Assembly (NCBI GenBank): GCA_041658665.1
Contig: JBAZZR010000001.1
Coordinates: 192,576-256,575 of the forward strand
Direction of reading: 5' to 3'
Length of the DNA stretch: 64,000 nucleotides
From: Patescibacteria group bacterium
GTDB taxonomy: Bacteria > Patescibacteriota > Patescibacteriia > Patescibacteriales > UBA12465
Numbering within the stretch: position 1 is the stretch's first letter; each line of letters starts with the position of its first letter. The notes under the pieces are model-generated. The model was not told where the DNA came from, searched no databases, and was given only the letters and a program-made list of their open reading frames with translations. Shown one piece after another: positions 58,901 to 64,000 of this stretch. Position numbers and translations under genes: made by a program.

Positions 58901-60559
58901 TGGAACGGCGCGGCCGGTGCGGGTAAAGTCGGAATTGGGATTACTTCTCCTTCCGCTAATTTTCATGTCGCTTCCCCAATGGTTACTGATTCCGCTAACA
59001 ACGTCGTGGAGATTGGTGAAAATTATACAAACATGAATCACTCCATATTGCGTTTGCAGGGAAGCGCGATGACCAGCAACGGCTACTTTTTAGCTGCTCA
59101 GGACGGTAATTCCGGATTATATAGATTCGTAGTTAGAGGTGATGGTGCTGTTGGGGTCGGAACATCGACTCCCGCCACAGAGTTAGTCGTAGTCGGTACG
59201 GGGACTCTTACTGGTTCATTAATCGCCGGCGGCGGTTCTAGCTCAAACTGGGCGACATTAAATGCCGGTGGGACGCAGAGTATTAATGCTAATGGCTCAA
59301 TTTATAGTTATAACTCTGTTTGTGTCGGTAATGCCTCGGGTTTATGTAATGGTGCCGGCGGCGTAGTTATTGGTCTAACTAATGCTACAGCCTCTACTAA
59401 TATACCGTCCTCTGGTAATACTATTTTTAATAATGGTGGCAACGTCGGAATTGGGACAACGGCGCCGTCCTATTTTCTTGATGTCTCTAAATCTCAAAAT
59501 GCCGGAACGTCTTTCCGAGTCGCTAACGCAAATACCGGTACAGGGTCATTTTCTAATTTCATGTTGACTAATAATGGCGCTAACGCTCTTTATACCTTTA
59601 TGTTCGGAACGAATTATTCATCAGCTACAACTAGATATATGGCTGACTCTGGGGTGGTTGATTCTCAAGGATCTAATGGTTTGAATTTAGCCGCTTCTAA
59701 TGCCGCTGGTGTTATTAGATTTTATACCAATGCCAATAACGAGCGGATGAGAATTGCCGCTAATGGAAATATCGGTATCGGAACGACGAATCCGAATTTT
59801 GATAGTGAAAATTTGGCTTTAGATGCAAAAGCTTACATAAGTTATATAGGAACATCTGAGACATCTACAAGTATAGCTCCGGGGGTCGTTATACATAATA
59901 GCGGAAATGTATCTGGACCAACCACATTAGTATTAGCAAAAAGTCGTTCAACGGCAGAGGGCTTGATAAACGCCAACGATGAAATTGGTGGTATTGCTTT
60001 TGCTAGCGCTGATGGTGGTGAGTTCTTAGGAGGAGCCTCAATAGTTGCCGTAAATGATGGGACCGCTGCAAATGATGATGCAGGGGCGCATTTAGATTTT
60101 AGGACAAGTGTAAGTTATAATGCAATGGCTGCAGCCAACACAAAAATGAGAATAACATCAGGCGGCAACGTCGGAATAGGGACGACGAATCCCGTCTATA
60201 AATTAGAAGTTATCGGATCTATTGGCGCTAGTACCGGAGTTTATACTAATACTTTTGGCGGTTATTCTGATAGAAGTCTGAAAAAGAATATTACTAGCCT
60301 CAATAATTCTTTAGCTAAAATTTTAAAACTTCGTGGGGTATCTTTTAATTGGAAGAGCGATAATAAAGACGGAATTGGTTTGATTGCGCAGGAGGTAGAA
60401 AAAGTTTATCCGGAGTTAGTCGCTACTGCCCCCAATGGCTTAAAAGCTATTCAGTATAGCAATTTAGTCGCCCCTTTAATTGAAGCGGTTAAAGCTCAGC
60501 AAGAAAAAATTAATCAGTTAGAAGTTAAAATTAATATTCTGGAGCATAGGCTTAAATAA
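52946..60559 (+). CDS. Giant secreted tail-fibre-like repeat protein 3 with C-terminal S74 intramolecular-chaperone domain
   Basis: The listed ORF starts at 52850, but the promoter at 52884..52912 and the signal peptide 'MSKKIQVFLVFTLLLFFTFNTAQA' favour ATG 52946 (ATG 52922 is also possible). It has 5 anchor modules and many GNVGIGTTxP motifs, and it ends in an S74-type domain. Confidence 0.85.
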   Translation: MSKKIQVFLVFTLLLFFTFNTAQASTVTATTTFSTTTVFAGNVGIGVTNPTSPLHVVGNMYLTGTIESAATNFSLYAAWSNAGSIRFLAGNNGTTWYERMKIMSSGNVGIGTSAPGALLHLSSSTPTLLIRPTDPLNDAMIDLNWAGIVSSLRLRYNPNSAMSYIETTYTPTVGTVYGDIAFRTNALGTPKNLLYLANYSANVGIGTTNPLGKLDIIESGNQIRIDADGSGTNYGGYPLTLNRTGSSADGILMHGAYVDNATYYWGQTHGSFGARGINLSYGAGISFYADNVATTLNTSFTPTERMRITNAGNVGIGTTTPTAELEMGSGSGYSIKAGNQKIGDVANPGADSDVVTLGWLNSAIAPLNPGGSNSLWSGTSTGNIWNTNSGNVGIGTTNPTAKLSIGDGINSLPASTTLWIKGVSGTGRTNRISLGLNNNQDYGIYIAENNVDYSSGQIAEFGTRYGGTDYPALYLRSGNVGIGTSSPSYLLTVGNNNQFTVGSTGSVQASGYQCNGGSCSYSWGGDTNIYRDAAAYILGLRYGTNPMTFRIYNTYTDASNYERLAIAGAAAGAYTITSQAAGTGVVRNIALMGGNVGVGTTTPQRTLQVNAADIPLGGGAAMQYGGNLLIMSNDSAAIDKGGSIGFGGNYSGTSPWTFASIKGARENVTSGTGYLAFFTELNGFHNEQMRINSSGNIGIGTTTPAARLEVVDNAVVSYSILADDKRIGNVSLPSLASDAATKGYVDSAIPLTASLWNGTTTGNIWNANSGNVGIGKTNPAKKLEVFGDIALSNGGKIGQGNGWGTDGNSYNATLELYNGATGYTTLQSATSYGLLLNPAGGNVGIGTTTPANKLQVMGDIDIRSGGLKMFNGSYGLSAVDGTLLKINQGGFNNTAFITGNVGIGTTTPLNKLHISGGVSGGTPYEATGGLTIERSARVSMQFLSPNTTDQYIFFGDPQAANRAWVGYNHATDQLLLHTGGTTYMDGNVGIGTSTPGYKLDVTGSINSGGIGVNGSLYLNSAADGLGGGSLVYSNVSNTLTLGQNRGVASKLLLSAAGIELQTEDSSSPYNKVTRIIVKHGDSGLVGIGTTTLANAKLTIVPNGQTYAIDAGNYKIGNVAAPSASADVVTLAYLQSYGNASSSELWSGTKDGAIWNGAAGAGNVGIGTTNPLAKLHIYGASNIEERIQATSSPYGAKLNLYYSDNSGGSMLYTAADAHLWIDNYYQASNEAAGYGDIQFRTKTLGGTTLTNNMVIKGYSGNIGIGTSTPSDVLHIYKSGVATDYVANSIAEGVNLRISNPGNNWGGVAGLIFENSGAVAGTGYAKIGATINDTSDSDLFFQISNAGTIAEGMRVASTGNVGIGTTAPGSILSILKSSTYNNENSGGIEIATGVANTNAKLILGAVADSYSYIQSMQQDWDWTSRPLVLMPNGGNVGIGTTTPTQNLTVGSAGSAGNATYNIGANRMAVNSSFYSYDYICAGNDSGACDTTNGVVIRGGNTPNTSANVSLSRGISFFNGGNVGIGTTNPTQKLEVVGSGYSILAGNQKIGNVAVPSVAADVVTLGYLQSYVNASSSDLWSGTKDGNIWNGTAGAGKVGVGITSPSANFHVASPMVTDSANNVVEIGENYTNMNHSILRLQGSAMTSNGYFLAAQDGNSGLYKFVVRGDGNVAIGTSSPSALLDVFGAPGKAVLSSAAGLTPAAGTILGTLGFRNTQYSTDSAYIHAITENVWAGADYPTALAFFTTTDGAISSSEKVRINNAGSVGIGTTNPGTNLHVVGTGRFSDYLYFGSSSVQSYMYHNNSDLTLRIGGDDDIAFFVDGQTTPKAIIKSSGNVGIGTTSPAFKLDVNGLARFNGNYLRIQNSSASNSGYIDFGNADAYVGYQTAGTFNIKHWDGTDYYESLRINGPSHFTLLSPIEGNVGIGITSPAAKLEVVGTGYSILAGSQKIGNVAVPSAAADVVTLGYLQSYVNASSSDLWSGTKDGNIWNGAAGAGKVGIGITSPSANFHVASPMVTDSANNVVEIGENYTNMNHSILRLQGSAMTSNGYFLAAQDGNSGLYRFVVRGDGAVGVGTSTPATELVVVGTGTLTGSLIAGGGSSSNWATLNAGGTQSINANGSIYSYNSVCVGNASGLCNGAGGVVIGLTNATASTNIPSSGNTIFNNGGNVGIGTTAPSYFLDVSKSQNAGTSFRVANANTGTGSFSNFMLTNNGANALYTFMFGTNYSSATTRYMADSGVVDSQGSNGLNLAASNAAGVIRFYTNANNERMRIAANGNIGIGTTNPNFDSENLALDAKAYISYIGTSETSTSIAPGVVIHNSGNVSGPTTLVLAKSRSTAEGLINANDEIGGIAFASADGGEFLGGASIVAVNDGTAANDDAGAHLDFRTSVSYNAMAAANTKMRITSGGNVGIGTTNPVYKLEVIGSIGASTGVYTNTFGGYSDRSLKKNITSLNNSLAKILKLRGVSFNWKSDNKDGIGLIAQEVEKVYPELVATAPNGLKAIQYSNLVAPLIEAVKAQQEKINQLEVKINILEHRLK
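53879..58950 (+). repeat. In-frame ~1.2-kb super-repeat, gene 3 (5 anchor modules)
   Basis: Anchor-module starts lie at approximately 53879, 55028, 56192, 57496 and 58697. The last two are offset by exactly 1200 bp. Confidence 0.85.
60266..60556 (+). other. Peptidase S74 / intramolecular chaperone auto-processing domain (tail-fibre/endosialidase type)
   Basis: 'YSDRSLKKNITSL...LRGVSFNWKSDNKDGIGLIAQEVEKVYPELV...AIQYSNLVAPLIEAVKAQQEKINQLE'. The Ser and Lys are 5 residues apart (S-D-R-S-L-K), as in the Ser-Lys dyad of this family. A C-terminal coiled-coil-like helix follows. Confidence 0.8.
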
Positions 60560-60623
60560 GTTTTTGAGGAATTAGCTGGTGTGAGCCGACTAATCTAACC
60601 TATTCCGCTCTACTCTACTCTTT

Positions 60624-60648
60624 ACAGCGCCCTTAACTAGGGCGCTGT
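60624..60648 (+). terminator. Hairpin terminator candidate after giant gene 3
   Basis: ACAGCGCCCT-(loop)-AGGGCGCTGT is a 10-bp GC-rich stem. The following T tract is weak (TGGCTT). Confidence 0.5.
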
Positions 60649-60736
60649 TGGCTTATTATAAGTAATATTTATTTAATATTAGCTATTTTATACCAAAAAA
60701 TAATATTTATATTCGTTTCGTGTTTCGTTTCGTGTA

Positions 60737-60765
60737 TTGACTTAGTGACTCAAATGGTATATATT
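60737..60765 (+). promoter_or_regulatory. Candidate promoter TTGACT-17-TATATT
   Basis: Lies upstream of the AAA ATPase gene and is preceded by a short tandem CGTTTCGTGT repeat. Confidence 0.45.
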
Positions 60766-60791
60766 TTAGTTAATATAATAACCTAAATAAT

Positions 60792-61916
60792 ATGATAATT
60801 GTAAGACGAATTCAAAAAGACTTAGAAAAGGCTCTATTTAAAGGAAAAATAGTAGTTCTTTACGGTGCTCGTCAAGTTGGTAAAACGACTCTTGTAAAAA
60901 AGATTATTGAAAAATATGGGAATGATTCCTTATATTTAAATTGCGATGAGATTGATATTCGAGAAGCTTTAACAGATAAAACTTCAACAGAACTTAAATC
61001 ATTTATTGGTTCGCGTCGGTTAGTGGTTATAGACGAAGCTCAGCGAGTTAAGAATATTGGTTTAACTTTAAAGCTTATTTCTGATAATTTCCCGAAAATT
61101 CAAATGATCGCTACTGGATCGTCGTCTTTCGAGTTGTCGGGAAAAATTGCCGAACCACTGACTGGTCGAAAAATAGAATTTTTTCTTTATCCCTTTGCTG
61201 TTGAGGAGCTGGCGCAATTATATTCTCCTTTGGAAATAAATAGACTATTGGAAGAAAGATTGGTTTTCGGTATGTACCCGGGAGTAGTTTTCGCTGGGCC
61301 GGATAGAGAAAAAAGAGTGCGTGAACTAGCGACCAGCTACTCATATAAGGATGTGTTGGCTTATCAAGATATTCGTAATCCAGAACTTTTGGAAAAACTT
61401 TTGCAAGCTTTGGCTTTACAAATAGGCAGTGAAGTTTCTTATGCCGAGTTGGCTCAACTACTTGGTGTTAATAAAGTGACAGTCGAAAATTATATTCGTA
61501 TCTTAGAACAAGCCTATATAATTTGTCGAGTCGGGCCTTTTTCCCGCAATATCCGAAATGAACTAAAGAAGAAAAGAAAAATTTATTTTTATGATCTCGG
61601 CCTGCGCAACGCCTTGATTAATAACCTCAACCCCGTTTCTCTGCGTCAAGATGTCGGCAGTTTATGGGAAAATTTTATGGTTATTGAAAGAGTCAAGCGT
61701 AATAATAATTTAGGTATCTTCGCTAATATTTATTTTTGGCGGACAACGAGCGGTAAAGAAATCGATTATCTCGAAGATTCTGGCGGCGTATTATCTGGTT
61801 ATGAATTTAAATGGCAAAAAAATAATTTTTCTGTACCAAAAGAATTTTTAAATGCCTACTCAGGAAGTACAGTAAAACTTATTAATCGAAATAATTATTT
61901 AGAATTTTTGGTTTGA
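60792..61916 (+). CDS. AAA-family ATPase with C-terminal DUF4143-like domain
   Basis: Walker A 'GARQVGKTTL' and Walker B 'LVVIDEAQRV'. The C-terminal 'FWRTTSGKEIDYLE' is typical of the AAA_14+DUF4143 architecture. Confidence 0.75.
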   Translation: MIIVRRIQKDLEKALFKGKIVVLYGARQVGKTTLVKKIIEKYGNDSLYLNCDEIDIREALTDKTSTELKSFIGSRRLVVIDEAQRVKNIGLTLKLISDNFPKIQMIATGSSSFELSGKIAEPLTGRKIEFFLYPFAVEELAQLYSPLEINRLLEERLVFGMYPGVVFAGPDREKRVRELATSYSYKDVLAYQDIRNPELLEKLLQALALQIGSEVSYAELAQLLGVNKVTVENYIRILEQAYIICRVGPFSRNIRNELKKKRKIYFYDLGLRNALINNLNPVSLRQDVGSLWENFMVIERVKRNNNLGIFANIYFWRTTSGKEIDYLEDSGGVLSGYEFKWQKNNFSVPKEFLNAYSGSTVKLINRNNYLEFLV

Positions 61917-61997
61917 CTCCATTATATTCTCGTTAGGGAAAGAGGGGAAGTGATCGGCTGGGTTTTTAATTGACGAAAGTTGGCAGCCTTAATTTAA

Positions 61998-62444
61998 AAT
62001 CATATCAACAAAATAAATTTAGAAATTTTTGATAAAAAATATCTTGCCGTTTTATTGGGCTGGTTTTCTAATCCTAGTAATAGGAAGTATATGCTGACTC
62101 AGGCTACAACCGAAGCCGATGCTCTAAAAATGATTAGAAATGAAGAAGATAGGAAGTGTTATAGTATTAAGTTCGGCGATCTTCCGATTGGATATATTGT
62201 TCTGATGAACATTAAATCTAAAATTGGGAGAGTCGTTATTATGATCGATGAACCCTTTACTAATAAAGGGTATGGATTTCAAGCACTTCTTCTTTTAGAG
62301 GAAGAAGCTATAAAATTAGGGGTAGAAAAATTAACCTTAGAAGTCCGTACCGATAATGCTTCCGCCATTTCACTCTATAAAAAATTAGGTTTCAATTTAA
62401 AATATACTGAAGCGGTAATGGACAAAAATATTATTGGCAAATAG
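61998..62444 (+). pseudogene. GNAT acetyltransferase lacking a canonical start (5'-truncated or non-canonical start)
   Basis: GNAT core 'FTNKGYGFQALLLLEEEAIKLGVEKLTLEVRTDNASAISLYKKLGFN'. The frame is open back to a TAA at 61995..61997 and reads INKINLEIFDKKYLAVLLGWF (GNAT-like beta1/alpha1), but it contains no ATG or GTG. The first listed start is the TTG at 62055. Confidence 0.45.
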
Positions 62445-62633
62445 AATCTAAATTATTCTCGCTACGCTTTATATGGAATATCGTGTCCGAATTTCGGGGG
62501 TCATGCCATATATATAGCTAATATCCGTAAAAAGATATAAAATGTTAATATAATTAAAATTTATGTTAGTAATAACATGGATAGTAAAATGAATAATATG
62601 AGTGAGGACACTAATAAGAATAGGGGGTATGAT

Positions 62634-63860
62634 ATGAATATATATGAAGATTTGAAATGGAGAGGGTTGATTCAAGATATTTCTAGTCTTGAATTAATTG
62701 ATAAACTAAACCGTGGAGGTTTGACATTCTATATTGGTACAGATCCAAATTCAGATGGCTTGCACCTTGGTCATTATTCTTCTTTTTTGATTACAAGAAG
62801 GTTGGCTCAGGCTGGTCATCATCCTATATTATTAGTCGGAGTGGCTACTGCCCTAATTGGAGATCCTCGCGGTACGGTTGAAAGAAGTTTATCGAGTCGG
62901 AAGGAAGTTCTAGAAAATTTTGAAACAATGAAAAATCAGTTGCAGAAAATTTTTCCATACGAGGTCGTTAATAATTATGATTGGATCAAGGATGTAAATG
63001 TTATAGATTTTTTAAGGAATTATGGCAAATATATCAATATTGGGTATATGCTAGGCAAAGATTTGGTGAGAAGACAGATGGAGTCTGGCATTTCATTTGC
63101 TGAATTTTCTTATATGTTAATTCAGGGTCTTGATTTTAAATATTTACATGAACATAAAGGTGTCGATTTGCAAGTTGCAGGATCTGATCAATGGGGAAAT
63201 ATGACAACCGGTATCGAGCTGGTAAAAAAAATTTCTGGCGATGAAGTGTTCGCATTTACTATGCCTTTAATTACAGACTCTCAGGGGCGTAAATTTGGAA
63301 AGAGTGAGGGTAATGCGGTATGGATTGATAAAAATAAAACCAGTTCTTATGAGCTTTATCAATTCCTCATAAATGTTGAAGATATCATGATTATTGAATA
63401 TCTAAAGAGATTAACTTTCCTTAGTAAAGAAGAAATTGAAGACATTGAGAGACGGCATAACGAAGAACCTCATAAGAGGTTGGCTCAGAAGATATTATCA
63501 AAAGAAATTATCACTGACTTGCATGGCGAAAGTTCTTACGAAGAGGCAGTATATATTAGCGAACAACTGTTTAGCGGTAATATTAAAGAAATTCCCGTAA
63601 AAGATTTACTGATTGGTTTGAAGAGTGTGCCTCACTTCGTAACATATGGCGGGAAATTAATTGATATACTCGTTGAAAATAAAATTTGTTCTTCTAAGAG
63701 GGAGGCAAGTGAGTTTCTCAATAGTGGCGCGATTTCAATCAATGGAAATATTGTGAACGATGTAAATTATAGTATTAGTTTTGATAATGCGCTAGGAACC
63801 GACATCGTCGTGATTAGGAAGGGCAAGAAAAAATATTATGTTGCTACTCTTTATAAATAA
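62634..63860 (+). CDS. tyrS: Tyrosyl-tRNA synthetase
   Basis: HIGH-type motif 'GLHLGH', 'GSDQWGN', KMSKS-type 'KFGKS' and a C-terminal S4-like domain. ATG 62634 (RBS AGGGGG 8 nt upstream; protein starts MNIYEDLKWRGL) is preferred over the listed 62577. Confidence 0.9.
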   Translation: MNIYEDLKWRGLIQDISSLELIDKLNRGGLTFYIGTDPNSDGLHLGHYSSFLITRRLAQAGHHPILLVGVATALIGDPRGTVERSLSSRKEVLENFETMKNQLQKIFPYEVVNNYDWIKDVNVIDFLRNYGKYINIGYMLGKDLVRRQMESGISFAEFSYMLIQGLDFKYLHEHKGVDLQVAGSDQWGNMTTGIELVKKISGDEVFAFTMPLITDSQGRKFGKSEGNAVWIDKNKTSSYELYQFLINVEDIMIIEYLKRLTFLSKEEIEDIERRHNEEPHKRLAQKILSKEIITDLHGESSYEEAVYISEQLFSGNIKEIPVKDLLIGLKSVPHFVTYGGKLIDILVENKICSSKREASEFLNSGAISINGNIVNDVNYSISFDNALGTDIVVIRKGKKKYYVATLYK

Positions 63861-64000
63861 TAAATAAGTAGAAAATATATCCTAAACTTATTTATATGAT
63901 GTATATAAAAGGTAATTATTTTATTAGGAGAGAAAAAAATGGAATAACAATTTTGCATAAAAGCAAGCATTTGTATAGATTTTATCAAAATGTATCATTG

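Noticed and set aside
48620-59113. Diversity-generating retroelement (TR/VR pairs) as an explanation for the near-identical repeat pairs.
   Set aside because: No reverse transcriptase ORF is in the window. The mismatches between repeat pairs are mixed transitions and transversions (G/A, C/T, C/G, A/T) and are synonymous, not adenine-specific substitutions concentrated in a C-terminal variable region.
31777-60559. Regularly spaced repeats that might suggest a CRISPR array or a satellite.
   Set aside because: The repeats are about 250 bp, spaced about 1.1 kb apart, imperfect, and in frame within continuous ORFs. They have nothing like 25-40-bp direct repeats with 30-40-bp spacers. No cas genes are present.
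31777-60559. Prophage or phage-tail-like particle, suggested by tail-fibre motifs and the S74 domain.
   Set aside because: No capsid, portal, terminase, tail tube/sheath, baseplate, integrase or lysis genes occur anywhere in the 64 kb. The proteins have Sec signal peptides and follow pilus genes, which favours cellular surface proteins.
60585-60650. Possible eighth, degenerate copy of the cassette repeat (TCTAACCTATTCCGCTCTACTCTACTC followed by a hairpin) at the right compositional boundary.
   Set aside because: Only about 8 of 19 positions match the core after the shared TCTAAC. The core-plus-hairpin arrangement is suggestive, but the similarity is too weak to call without a statistical model.
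62469-62675. A 68-aa minus-strand ORF upstream of and overlapping tyrS, and the long N-terminal extension of tyrS from 62577.
   Set aside because: Both are low-complexity, AT-driven sequence. The tyrS family N-terminus (IYEDLKWRGL) starts at ATG 62634 with a good RBS, so both are likely artefacts.
1-64000. Alternative genetic code (UGA recoding, as in some CPR lineages).
   Set aside because: Well-supported genes end at TGA (for example the GNAT at 958..960 and giant gene 1 at 38293..38295). Multi-kb ORFs are intact under code 11, and I saw no conserved protein interrupted by in-frame TGA.

Overview
The window looks like a fragment of a small, streamlined, Gram-positive-like genome. My inference is Patescibacteria/CPR, based on a ComFC, FemAB and type IV pilus gene set, many membrane-anchored hypotheticals and TGnTATAAT promoters. 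Standard code 11 fits: long ORFs stay intact and TGA is used as a stop.

There are four parts.

(1) 1-11.6 kb is an AT-rich accessory island. The first 14 genes are all on the + strand and encode VOC/glyoxalase, GNAT, a PEP-utilising swivel-domain protein, an S51 peptidase, an SDR, two RelB/DinJ-RelE/YafQ toxin-antitoxin pairs, a Ham1-like protein, an alpha/beta hydrolase, a permease and ribokinase. At least 7 copies of a conserved intergenic repeat (core GTCCCACCCTCTCCGCAG inside a covarying hairpin) are interspersed among them. The layout resembles an integron-like cassette array or a MITE family. No recombinase is present in the window.

(2) 11.6-19.8 kb is GC-richer and holds housekeeping and envelope genes. 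It includes thrS preceded by a recognisable T-box leader, plus comFC.

(3) 19.9-31.7 kb is a type IV pilus cluster: pilM, pilN-like, pilO-like, pilB, pilC, a major pilin and four minor pilins. femAB-like and ybeY genes are embedded in it.

(4) 31.8-60.6 kb holds three giant secreted proteins of 2172, 4061 and about 2537 aa. They are built from about 22 tail-fibre-like super-modules that recur every 1.0-1.3 kb. Module subtypes are shuffled, near-identical DNA segments are shared between genes, and the last gene ends in a phage tail-fibre S74 intramolecular-chaperone domain.

The right flank (60.6-64 kb) is AT-rich again and carries an AAA ATPase, a start-less GNAT fragment and tyrS.

The two main candidates for something new are the pilus-linked giant modular fibre locus and the repeat-punctuated cassette island. 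All motif calls, coordinates and identity counts come from reading the sequence by eye. No database search was run.
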